From assembly GCA_947085035.1 (NCBI GenBank), contig CAMTUW010000010.1, positions 2,356-66,355 on the forward strand: a stretch of 64,000 nt of DNA, written 5' to 3'. The stretch's first letter is position 1. Each line of letters starts with the position of its first letter. This DNA comes from an uncultured Actinomycetes bacterium. Its GTDB lineage: Bacteria; Actinomycetota; Coriobacteriia; Anaerosomatales; PHET01. The notes below the pieces were generated by a model. That model worked only from the letters and a program-made list of their open reading frames with translations, did not search any database and was not told the DNA's origin. Below are positions 45,651-53,950 of the stretch, piece after piece. The position numbers and the translations under genes are program-made.

Positions 45651-45974
45651 ATGTCCGACCTGGTAACGGTCACCGACGCGAACTTCACAGATACCGTGGA
45701 GAAGAGCGGCAAGGCGTTCCTGCTCGATTTCTGGGCCCCATGGTGCGGCCCATGCCGCATGATGGAACCGGTCCTCAAAGAGATCGCAGCGGAAAACGAC
45801 ACGCTCACGGTCGGCAAGCTCAACGTCGATGAGAGCCCGATGGTCGCTCAGAAGTTCGAGATACTGTCGATTCCCACGCTACTCATCTTCAAGGACGGCA
45901 AGGTCGTCAAGAAGCTCGTGGGCGCGATGCCCAAGAAGCGACTTCTCGACGAGCTCGCCCCGTGGATGGGCTGA
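45651..45974 (+). CDS. trxA: thioredoxin
   Basis: ORF trimmed to the ATG at 45651. 107 aa with the WCGPC active site (FWAPWCGPCRMM). Confidence 0.93.
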   Translation: MSDLVTVTDANFTDTVEKSGKAFLLDFWAPWCGPCRMMEPVLKEIAAENDTLTVGKLNVDESPMVAQKFEILSIPTLLIFKDGKVVKKLVGAMPKKRLLDELAPWMG

Positions 45975-45978
45975 CGCC

Positions 45979-46230
45979 ATGTGTCAGAAGGGCGTCAACA
46001 CCGAGCAGATGCGGCTCATGATCTCTCAAGCCGGTGACGCGATCTCGATGGCTCAGCAGTGGCTCGAGCGCATCCACCACATGGCCGACCACGCGGACCT
46101 CACCGAATCGAGCAAGCACGTCGCGCAGGCATCGGTGATGCTTGGCGAGGCGCGCGCGAGACTCGAGACCGCATCCAACGACCTCGAGAACCGCGACGAG
46201 AACCCGAACGCGAGCGTCGAGCTCGTCTGA
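45979..46230 (+). CDS. small helical hypothetical protein (83 aa)
   Basis: The ATG lies 4 nt after the trxA stop. Predicted helical hairpin (MRLMISQAGDAISMAQQWLERIHHMADH..). I recognise no family, and no clear RBS. Confidence 0.3.
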   Translation: MCQKGVNTEQMRLMISQAGDAISMAQQWLERIHHMADHADLTESSKHVAQASVMLGEARARLETASNDLENRDENPNASVELV

Positions 46231-46261
46231 AGTCGTCTCGGCACCGATCCTGAGCACCCAG

Positions 46262-46290
46262 GGCCTCTCTCACGCAGTGTGAGGGGGGCC
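46262..46290. terminator. GC-rich hairpin between convergent trx operon and cbiM (possible bidirectional terminator)
   Basis: GGCCTCTCTCAC-GCAGT-GTGAGGGGGGCC (12-bp stem including G-U pairs). It overlaps the last codons of cbiM. The + strand has only a weak T-run afterwards (TTGTCCGTTG). Confidence 0.35.
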
Positions 46291-47286
46291 TTGTCCGTTG
46301 CGTCTCGACCGGTTACGCAGGAGGAGCCCGATCCCGGCGGCTACGAGCAGCGTGACCAACCCGCCCACGAGACCGGCAACCGTCGTGTCACCGCCCTTCT
46401 CGGGATCGGCGAACTCATAGTCCGGCATGAAGGCGAACCGCTCCTGCCAAGCACTCGCCGCCCGATGCGCGCTCCCGGTCGCACCCGCGAACTCGCCGCT
46501 CCCGGTCACGCGCTCGATCGACCACTCCAGCCCGTCGGGGCTGCTGGACGCGAGCCACGCCACGCCGCCGCCGATGATGACTGCGGCCGCGAGCAGGGCG
46601 GCCGCGACTCCTCGCAACGCCACACCTCGCAGGTCTCTCCCACCGGTCACCCGCGCGAGGATCTCGGGTTGGGCCTTGCCCACGAAGACGACCACGGCCG
46701 CCGTCACCAGTCCCTCGACGAGTCCGATGGGCATGTGGATCGACAGCATGATGCCGGCGAACGCCGCGAAGGGCAGCGAGCTGATCCCCGACAGCGTGGT
46801 CTGCGTGACCACGCCAAGCGCTCCGAGCGACAGTCCGAGAAGTGCCGCCACTACCGAACCGACCGTGACGCGCGTGACGTTGGCGTGCGAACCGGCCACG
46901 GCGCGATAGATGAGCGGGTAGGCGACGAACGCGGGAAACACTCCCAGGTTCACTATGTTGGCCCCCAGCGCGAGAAGCCCGCCGTCCGCGAAGAACAGCG
47001 CCTGCACGGTGAGCACGGAGGCGATGACCAGAAACGCCGCATGGGGCCCCAGCAAAACGGCCAGGAGCAGCCCGCCGCCCAAGTGGCCGCTCGACCCGGT
47101 TCCGGGGATCTGGAAGTTCACCATCTGTGCGGCGAAGACGAAGGCCCCCAACACTCCCATCAGCGGGACCTTCGCGGGATCGTTGTCCTCACGCACCTTC
47201 TTGGCACAGTAGGCCGTCGTGCCAGCGGCCACGACCCACATGGCCGCACCGACCGCAGGTGAGACAAGCGCGTCTGCCATGTGCAT
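46270..47286 (-). CDS. cbiM: ECF-type Ni/Co transporter substrate component CbiM/NikM fused to a PDGLE (CbiN/NikL-like) domain
   Basis: 338 aa. N-terminus MHMADALVSP (compare the metal-binding MHIPDG). Also SSGHLGGGLL, then SSPDGLEWSIERV (PDGLE motif) and a terminal TM. GAGGAG lies 6 nt upstream. Confidence 0.82.
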   Translation of the reverse strand: MHMADALVSPAVGAAMWVVAAGTTAYCAKKVREDNDPAKVPLMGVLGAFVFAAQMVNFQIPGTGSSGHLGGGLLLAVLLGPHAAFLVIASVLTVQALFFADGGLLALGANIVNLGVFPAFVAYPLIYRAVAGSHANVTRVTVGSVVAALLGLSLGALGVVTQTTLSGISSLPFAAFAGIMLSIHMPIGLVEGLVTAAVVVFVGKAQPEILARVTGGRDLRGVALRGVAAALLAAAVIIGGGVAWLASSSPDGLEWSIERVTGSGEFAGATGSAHRAASAWQERFAFMPDYEFADPEKGGDTTVAGLVGGLVTLLVAAGIGLLLRNRSRRNGQGPPHTA

Positions 47287-47353
47287 GGTCGTTCTCCTCG
47301 CCGGTAGCAGGTGTATCGTGCCGGGCGCATTCTCGATGCGAATCCTTAAGTGC

Positions 47354-47366
47354 TATGACTTTCATA
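47354..47366. promoter_or_regulatory. palindrome TATGA-CTT-TCATA, candidate NikR operator
   Basis: A perfect 5-3-5 inverted repeat in the only AT-rich patch between divergent cbiM and nikR. The half-site resembles the E. coli NikR half-site GTATGA/TCATAC, but the spacing differs (N3, not N16). Confidence 0.3.
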
Positions 47367-47385
47367 TTCGTGCTACGATACCGAA

Positions 47386-47414
47386 AGCCTAGAATGGCGC
47401 TCGTCGCCCGTCAA
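47386..47414 (-). promoter_or_regulatory. candidate sigma70-type promoter for cbiM (TTGACG-17 nt-TAGGCT)
   Basis: Minus strand has -35 TTGACG (47409..47414), a 17-nt spacer, and -10 TAGGCT (47386..47391). It overlaps back-to-back with a plus-strand TAGAAT (47390..47395) that could serve nikR. Confidence 0.35.
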
Positions 47415-47490
47415 CGTGCAATCGGAGCGACGTTCGTGTTACCGGGCGTGCGGCACGCCAACGCCACGCCGTCTCGACGAAGGAGGCGCC

Positions 47491-47910
47491 ATGCCAGAAG
47501 TGGTCCGCTTCAGCGTCTCGACCGAGGAACGCCTGCTCAGGCGCTTCGACGCACTCATCGACGCGCAGGGCTACGCCAACCGCTCGGAGGCTATCCGCGA
47601 CCTGATCCGCGGCGCTCTCGTCGAAGACGCGCTCGCCGACGAGGACTCCGACGCGGTGGGAACGGTCACCCTCGTCTACGACCACCACTTCTCCGACCTC
47701 TCGGACAAGCTCACCGAGCACCAGCACACCCATCACGAGTCGATCGTGTCGACTCTGCACATCCATCTCGATCACCACCACTGTCTCGAGGTCATCGTCT
47801 TGCGCGGCCGCATCGGCGAGATCAAGCGGCTGGCTGATTCCCTGATCGGCACGAAGGGCGTCAAGCACGGCCGCTTCGTTGCCACGACCGCCTCGGACGC
47901 GGTCATCTAG
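47491..47910 (+). CDS. nikR: nickel-responsive regulator NikR (RHH + ACT-like Ni-binding domain)
   Basis: ORF trimmed to the ATG at 47491 (AGGAGG upstream). RHH VVRFSVSTEERLLRRFDALI..GYANRSEAIRDLIR. Ni site HQHTHHESIVSTLHIHLDHHHCLEVIVLRG (compare E. coli HVHINHDDCLE). Confidence 0.9.
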   Translation: MPEVVRFSVSTEERLLRRFDALIDAQGYANRSEAIRDLIRGALVEDALADEDSDAVGTVTLVYDHHFSDLSDKLTEHQHTHHESIVSTLHIHLDHHHCLEVIVLRGRIGEIKRLADSLIGTKGVKHGRFVATTASDAVI

Positions 47911-47922
47911 CGAGGTCTGAGC

Positions 47923-48735
47923 ATGCCAAGTTTCCACGAGGGCCTCTACGAGATCGGGCGACTGGACAGCTTCGCGATGACCGACACCCCGGTGCATCGT
48001 GTGGACCCGCGCGCCAAGGTGATCGCGACGTTCGTCTTCCTCGTTTGCGTGGTCTCGTTCGATAAGTACTCGGTCCTTGCGCTGCTGCCGTTCGTGCTCT
48101 TCCCCGTCGTGATGGGCAGTGAGGGCCGGGTGCCGCTCGCGTGGTTGGCCGGGCGATTGCTCACCGCCGCTCCCTTCGCGCTCATCGTGGGCGTTTTCAA
48201 CCCGCTCATCGACCGAGAGATCATGGTCACGCTCGGCTCGCTGGGCATCTCGGGCGGCTGGATCTCCTACACCTCGATCGTGCTGCGCTTCCTGCTCACG
48301 ACCGCGGCGGCTCTCACGCTTATCGCCACGACGAGCTTCAACGGGGTGTGCGCTGCGCTCTCGCGTCTGGGCGTCCCGGACGTGTTCTCGACGCAGTTGC
48401 TCTTCTTGTACCGCTACATCTTCGTTCTCGCCGAAGAAGCGCTCACCACGGCGCGTGCACGCGACCTGCGCTCTTTCGGCCGCCGTGGCCGCGGGATGCG
48501 CGTTTACGGCCAGCTGCTGGGCCACCTCCTGCTGCGCACCTATGCGCGGGCCGGACGCATCCACTCGGCCATGCTGTGTCGCGGGTTCGACGGACACGTT
48601 CGCGTGCGGCGCGCCTCGCGGTTCGGCGCGAGCGACGCCGCGTTCGTCTTGGGATGGAGCGCCGTCTTCGTCTTGTTCCGACTGGTGAACGTGCCCCTCG
48701 CGGTGGGCACGCTTGTGACGGGAGTACTCTCATGA
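47923..48735 (+). CDS. cbiQ: ECF transporter transmembrane (T) component CbiQ/NikQ
   Basis: 270 aa. Motifs: VHRVDPRAKVIATFVFLV.. and the conserved ARxxR region (TTARARDLRSFG). Confidence 0.82.
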   Translation: MPSFHEGLYEIGRLDSFAMTDTPVHRVDPRAKVIATFVFLVCVVSFDKYSVLALLPFVLFPVVMGSEGRVPLAWLAGRLLTAAPFALIVGVFNPLIDREIMVTLGSLGISGGWISYTSIVLRFLLTTAAALTLIATTSFNGVCAALSRLGVPDVFSTQLLFLYRYIFVLAEEALTTARARDLRSFGRRGRGMRVYGQLLGHLLLRTYARAGRIHSAMLCRGFDGHVRVRRASRFGASDAAFVLGWSAVFVLFRLVNVPLAVGTLVTGVLS

Positions 48736-49502
48736 CCCACCACCGCATCGACATCCAAGACCTCGAGTTCGCCTACCCTGACGGTACGCAGGCGCTCCGT
48801 GGAGTCTCGCTCGAGGTCACTCACGGCGAATCGATCGCCCTCGTCGGAGCCAACGGCGCCGGCAAGTCCACGCTCCTCTTGCACCTCGTGGGGCTGCACC
48901 ATCCCCAGACCGGCTGCGTCTCAATCGGCGAAGTGCCGGTCACCCACGACACGCTCGCGGATGTTCGAAAAAGCGTCGGGATGGTGTTCCAGGATCCCGA
49001 CGACCAGCTCTTCATGCCCACCGTGGAAGAAGACGTGGCGTTCGGCCCCGTCAACTTGGGGCTGCCCCCCGAGGTGATCGAGGAGCGCGTGACCGAGGCG
49101 CTCACCACCGTAGGCGCTCTGAAGCTCAGGGACCGGCCGCCGTACCGGCTCTCGGGTGGCGAGAAGCGAGCGGTGGCCATCGCGACGATCCTTGCGATGA
49201 GGCCCAACGTGCTTGTCATGGACGAGCCGTCCTCGAACCTCGACCCACGGGCGCGCCGCAGGCTGATAGAGCTGCTCTGCACCTTCGAGCACACGAAACT
49301 GATCGCGACGCACGACCTCGACCTGGCGCTGGAGCTGTGCGATCGCACAGTGGTGATGAAAGAGGGGCTCGTTCGTGCCGACGGTCCGACGGCCGAGATC
49401 TTCTCCGATGCGGCGCTTCTCGAAGAATGCGGGCTGGAACAGCCGCTCTCGATGCGTCCGTGCGGCGCATGTGGCTCGCGCGCTGGTATCATCCAGCCAT
49501 GA
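48732..49502 (+). CDS. cbiO: ECF transporter ATPase CbiO/NikO
   Basis: The long ORF trimmed to the ATG at 48732 (ATGA overlap with cbiQ). Walker A GANGAGKST, signature LSGGEKRAVAIA, Walker B VLVMDEP. Confidence 0.9.
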   Translation: MTHHRIDIQDLEFAYPDGTQALRGVSLEVTHGESIALVGANGAGKSTLLLHLVGLHHPQTGCVSIGEVPVTHDTLADVRKSVGMVFQDPDDQLFMPTVEEDVAFGPVNLGLPPEVIEERVTEALTTVGALKLRDRPPYRLSGGEKRAVAIATILAMRPNVLVMDEPSSNLDPRARRRLIELLCTFEHTKLIATHDLDLALELCDRTVVMKEGLVRADGPTAEIFSDAALLEECGLEQPLSMRPCGACGSRAGIIQP

Positions 49503-50158
49503 GCTCGAAACGCCGCATCGTACATGACTCGCACCGACGCTGTTCTGCGGACGGCGAGCACGCGACCACGGCTCCCTTCCTCTACGAATGCTCGGTGTGT
49601 CGCCACCTCTCAACCGACCAGAGGTTCGCGGCCGGCGACGAAGCCTGCCCTGCGTGCGGTGTGAAGGGCGTCGCTCGCAAGGCCGTGCCCGCCGATCACC
49701 TGCGCCGCTTCGATGAGCGAATCCGCCACTACCACACCCAAGACGAGCACGAGATCGTGGTCATCCTCGTCTCGACGTTCCTCGAGACGCTCTTCGAAGA
49801 CATCCTCGCGAGGATGATGGAGGCTGGCGGCGCCGAGACGAGAGTGATCGCGCTGGTTCTCGACACCGAACGCTCGGTGGGGATGCGACTGGGCAAGCTC
49901 TTCCCGACGCTGTCGGGTGTGTCTTTCGAGGGCCTGGCCGTCGAGCTCGGCTACAACGACTTCCCACGTCGCTGGCGCGACATGCGCTCAGCCCGAAACG
50001 CGTTCATCCACGGTGAATCCTTCACCGATCCGCGCACGACACTCGACGAACGCGCCGCGTGCGAGGCGATGAAGCTACTCGACCAGGCATACGCTCTGTT
50101 CGTGCTCATCAACAACCGCTTCGTGGCGACCGCAACCGCTCCCAAGAAGCGCAAGTAG
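49499..50158 (+). CDS. unknown protein: N-terminal CxxC..CxxC zinc ribbon + helical domain with an RNxxxH (HEPN-like) signature
   Basis: ORF 49337.. trimmed to the ATG at 49499 (ATGA overlap with the cbiO stop). 219 aa. Motifs: YECSVCRH..EACPACGV, a helical body, and WRDMRSARNAFIHG. It ends 8 nt before hypF. Confidence 0.6.
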   Translation: MSSKRRIVHDSHRRCSADGEHATTAPFLYECSVCRHLSTDQRFAAGDEACPACGVKGVARKAVPADHLRRFDERIRHYHTQDEHEIVVILVSTFLETLFEDILARMMEAGGAETRVIALVLDTERSVGMRLGKLFPTLSGVSFEGLAVELGYNDFPRRWRDMRSARNAFIHGESFTDPRTTLDERAACEAMKLLDQAYALFVLINNRFVATATAPKKRK

Positions 50159-50166
50159 GCGAACCG

Positions 50167-52551
50167 ATGCCGGTCAAAGCGTTGTCACTCCACATCACCG
50201 GCATCGTGCAGGGCGTGGGGTTTCGCCCGTTCGTCTACAACCTCGCCGTGGCCTGTGGCCTCACCGGTTGGGTGCTCAACGCGAGCGACGGCGTGCACTG
50301 CGTGGTGGAGGGACCACCCTCCACCGTCGACGCCTTCCCGGATGCGCTGTGCGGCAACGCTCCCCCGATGGCGGTGATAGAGCGCGTCGTCACCGAGGAA
50401 GTCGAGCCCGAGGGCTTCAGCGACTTCGGGATCCGCGCGAGCCAAGCGGAGGCGGGCGCGATGACGCTCGTGAGCCCGGATATCGCCACGTGCGCCCAGT
50501 GCGTGAGCGAGATGAGCGACTCCGACGACCGGCGGCACGACTACCCGTTCACGAACTGCACCAACTGCGGTCCTCGCTTCACGATCATCGCCGACGTTCC
50601 CTACGACCGACCAACCACGACGATGCGGGACTTCCCACTGTGCGCCGAGTGTCTCGCCGAGTACGAGGACCCCTCGAACCGCCGTTTCCACGCCCAGCCG
50701 AACGCCTGCTTCCGCTGTGGGCCTCGGCTGTACCTCAACATCGCCGACCACGCCTCCGTCACCAGCGAGGACTCTTGGCGATGGACGCCCGAATGCGAGG
50801 TGGCCCCCCGTCCGCACCGTGACCCCGAAGCCGAGCGCGCCCGGACCAACGCGATCCTCGATACGGTGGTCGAAGCGCTTGGCGAGGGTGCCATCGTGGC
50901 GATCAAGGGGCTCGGCGGATTCCATCTGGCCTGCGCCGCCGGAGACGTCGATGCGGTCGAGCGACTGCGCGCCCGCAAGCACCGCTGGGGCAAACCTCTC
51001 GCAGTGATGGTTCCCGACATCGAATCGGCCGCCGCGTACTGCGTGGTGGGCGAGGCCGAGGAGAAGCTGCTCACCGGGACCGTGCGGCCGATCGTCTTGC
51101 TGCGACGACGTGCTGACGCCAACCCCGCGCCTGCCGTGCCGCTCGCGTCCGGCGTCGCGGGCGGTCTGGCCGAGATCGGCGTCGTCTTGCCCTACACCCC
51201 GCTCCACCACCTGCTGCTTCAACGTTTCGGCGGCCCGCTCGTGATGACCAGCGGAAACCTCTCCGACGAGCCCATCGCGACCAACAACGCCGAGGCACTC
51301 ACACGGCTCGGCGACATCGCCGACCTCTTCGTGTTGCACGACCGCACCATCCGCAGCCGTTACGACGACAGCGTCGTGCGCGTGGTCGACGACCTCGTCG
51401 AGCCGGTCCGCCGAGCACGCGGCTTTGCTCCGCACCCCCTGACCCTGCCGTTTCACACCGACACCCACATCCTCGCGGTTGGACCGGAGCAGAAGAACAC
51501 GTTCACGCTGCTGAAGGGCGGCCACGCCTTCGTCTCACAGCACATCGGTGACCTCGAGAACGCCGAGACGCTCACGAGCTTCGAGGAGACGATCGCGTTG
51601 TACCAGCAGTTGTTCCGGGTCGAGCCGCACATCATCGCCCACGACCTGCACCCCGAGTACCTGTCCACGAAGTGGGCGCTCGAATCCGACCTGCCGAGAA
51701 TCGGCGTCCAGCACCACCACGCGCACGTCGCGAGTGTGACCGCCGAGCACGGCATCAGCGAGCGGGTGGTGGGCGTCGCCTTCGACGGAACCGGCTACGG
51801 AGAGGACGGACGGATCTGGGGCGGAGAGGTGTTGCTCGCCGACTGGGTCGGCTACGAGCGTGCCGCGCACCTGCGCTACGTGCCGATGCCGGGCGGCTCC
51901 GCTGCGGTGAAACGCCCCGCGCGCATGGCGATCGGCACGCTCGCGTCGCTCGGGCTGCTCGAGCACCCGGGCGCGGCGCCGTTGCGCTCCCGTCTCGTGG
52001 CGGGTGAGGAGCGGACACTTCTCGCGATGCTCGAACACGGGCTGAACTGCCCGCTCACGAGTTCGATGGGGCGCCTGTTCGACACCGTATCGGCGATCGT
52101 CGGCGTGGCTGACGACGCGCGCTACGAGGGCGAGGCCGCGATCCTGCTCGAGGCGTGCGTGGAGCCGGGTGAGACCGGCTCGTACGAATTCGGTTGGCTC
52201 GATGCGGCCGGGCCCGGCGAGCCCGCGATCATCGACTCGGCGCCGGTGCTCGTCTCCACGCTCGACGACGTGGCAGCCGGGCTGCCCCCCGGCGTGATCG
52301 CGGCCCGGTTCCACGAGGCCGTGGTACGGTGTATCATCCGCATTGGCGAGCGGTTCGCTTACGAGACCGGCACACGCTATGTCGCGCTGAGCGGCGGCGT
52401 GCTCATGAATCGCATCGTCTTGGGTAAGGCGCTCCGCGGACTTCGCGACGCCGGGCTCGAGCCATTGACGCACAAACACCTGCCTGTGAACGATGCTGCG
52501 GTGTCATTTGGTCAAGCGGTCGTCGCATGGGCGCGACGACACGACGCTTGA
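50167..52551 (+). CDS. hypF: [NiFe]-hydrogenase maturation carbamoyltransferase HypF
   Basis: Trimmed to the ATG at 50167. Acylphosphatase domain (HITGIVQGVGFRPFVY), four CxxC zinc-finger motifs (CAQC, CTNCGPRFTI, CAEC, CFRCGPR), and YrdC plus Kae1-like domains. Confidence 0.93.
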   Translation: MPVKALSLHITGIVQGVGFRPFVYNLAVACGLTGWVLNASDGVHCVVEGPPSTVDAFPDALCGNAPPMAVIERVVTEEVEPEGFSDFGIRASQAEAGAMTLVSPDIATCAQCVSEMSDSDDRRHDYPFTNCTNCGPRFTIIADVPYDRPTTTMRDFPLCAECLAEYEDPSNRRFHAQPNACFRCGPRLYLNIADHASVTSEDSWRWTPECEVAPRPHRDPEAERARTNAILDTVVEALGEGAIVAIKGLGGFHLACAAGDVDAVERLRARKHRWGKPLAVMVPDIESAAAYCVVGEAEEKLLTGTVRPIVLLRRRADANPAPAVPLASGVAGGLAEIGVVLPYTPLHHLLLQRFGGPLVMTSGNLSDEPIATNNAEALTRLGDIADLFVLHDRTIRSRYDDSVVRVVDDLVEPVRRARGFAPHPLTLPFHTDTHILAVGPEQKNTFTLLKGGHAFVSQHIGDLENAETLTSFEETIALYQQLFRVEPHIIAHDLHPEYLSTKWALESDLPRIGVQHHHAHVASVTAEHGISERVVGVAFDGTGYGEDGRIWGGEVLLADWVGYERAAHLRYVPMPGGSAAVKRPARMAIGTLASLGLLEHPGAAPLRSRLVAGEERTLLAMLEHGLNCPLTSSMGRLFDTVSAIVGVADDARYEGEAAILLEACVEPGETGSYEFGWLDAAGPGEPAIIDSAPVLVSTLDDVAAGLPPGVIAARFHEAVVRCIIRIGERFAYETGTRYVALSGGVLMNRIVLGKALRGLRDAGLEPLTHKHLPVNDAAVSFGQAVVAWARRHDA

Positions 52552-52598
52552 AGGACCGGCGCGGACATGCTGCGCCGATGAGGCGAAGGAGCACGTAT

Positions 52599-52847
52599 AT
52601 GTGTCTCGCAATCCCCGCTCGTGTGATTGAACTCCAGGACAACCACATGGCACAGGTCGACATCGTCGGAGTCTCGCGGGTCATCTCGCTTGACTTGGTG
52701 GAAAGCGCGAATCCCGGTGACTGGGTGCTCGTCCACGCCGGCTTCGCGATCCAGCTCATCGATGAGGAGTACGCCAAAGAGACGCTTGAGCTGCTGAAGA
52801 CCCTGCCGTTCTTCGATGAGGAGCCCCTACTGGCCGAAGGGGCGTAA
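52599..52847 (+). CDS. hypC: hydrogenase maturation chaperone HypC
   Basis: Trimmed to the ATG at 52599 (GAAGGAG upstream). 82 aa with the canonical N-terminus MCLAIPARV. Confidence 0.9.
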   Translation: MCLAIPARVIELQDNHMAQVDIVGVSRVISLDLVESANPGDWVLVHAGFAIQLIDEEYAKETLELLKTLPFFDEEPLLAEGA

Positions 52848-52850
52848 CAC

Positions 52851-53942
52851 GTGGACCTCTCAGCGTTTCGCGATCCCGGGATCGCACGCGGCCTCATCGA
52901 GGCCATCAACGCGACGAAGACCGGTCCCGTCAAGATCATGGAGGTCTGCGGCACGCATACCGTCGCTATCGCCAAGAACGGCCTGCGAGCCGTCATGCCT
53001 GAACGCGTCACTCTGCTCTCCGGCCCCGGTTGCCCCGTCTGCGTCACCGCGAACCGCGACATCGACACCGCGATCGAGCTCGCGCGGCGCCCCGAAGTCA
53101 TCATCACCACCTTCGGCGACATGATGAAGGTCCCGGGGAGCCACTCCTCGCTTTCGGCCGAGAAGGCCGACGGTCGCGACGTCCGGATCGTCTACTCGCC
53201 GCTCGATGCGCTTGCGCTCGCCGCGAAAGAGCCCACACGCGAGGTCGTCTTCGTCGCCGTGGGATTCGAGACGACAGCCCCGCTCATCGCCGCCGCCATC
53301 TTGCGCGCCGAGGAGCAGGGACTCAAGAACTTCAGCGTGTTCTGTGCCCACAAGACAGTGCCGATCGCGCTTGAGGCGCTGGTCAACGACCCCGAGGTCG
53401 AGATCGACGCGTTCATCCTGCCCGGTCACGTCTCGACGATCATCGGCACGGAACCCTACAAGATGCTCGCCGAGAAGTACGGCGTGCCGGGCGCGATCAC
53501 CGGCTTCGAGCCGGTCGACGTGCTCCAGGGTGTGCTGATGCTACTGCGACAGATCGAACAGGGCCGCGCCGAGATCGAGATCGCCTACCATCGCGGAGTG
53601 TTGCCGGAGGGAAACCCCACGGCCCGCGAGATGGTCGAGCGCGTCTTCGAGCCGATCGACGCCGACTGGCGCGGCATCGGCGTCATTCCCGGAACAGGGC
53701 TTGGTATCCGCGAGAAGTACGCCGCCTTCGACGCGGTCAAGCGGTTGCCGATCACCGTACCGGAGCCCACAGAGATCAAGGGATGTCAGTGCGGCGAAGT
53801 GCTGCGCGGCATCATCCTTCCGTTCCAGTGCAAGATCTTCGCGAAGGGCTGCACGCCCGAGCACCCCATAGGGCCTTGCATGGTCTCATCCGAAGGCAGC
53901 TGCGCGGCCTACTACCGATTCACCGACTACGGAAGGGCGTGA
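52851..53942 (+). CDS. hypD: hydrogenase maturation protein HypD
   Basis: 363 aa, GTG start. Motifs: MEVCGTHT, GPGCPVCV and FETT. C-terminal Cys cluster. Confidence 0.92.
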   Translation: MDLSAFRDPGIARGLIEAINATKTGPVKIMEVCGTHTVAIAKNGLRAVMPERVTLLSGPGCPVCVTANRDIDTAIELARRPEVIITTFGDMMKVPGSHSSLSAEKADGRDVRIVYSPLDALALAAKEPTREVVFVAVGFETTAPLIAAAILRAEEQGLKNFSVFCAHKTVPIALEALVNDPEVEIDAFILPGHVSTIIGTEPYKMLAEKYGVPGAITGFEPVDVLQGVLMLLRQIEQGRAEIEIAYHRGVLPEGNPTAREMVERVFEPIDADWRGIGVIPGTGLGIREKYAAFDAVKRLPITVPEPTEIKGCQCGEVLRGIILPFQCKIFAKGCTPEHPIGPCMVSSEGSCAAYYRFTDYGRA

Positions 53943-53950
53943 GCGCCTCT

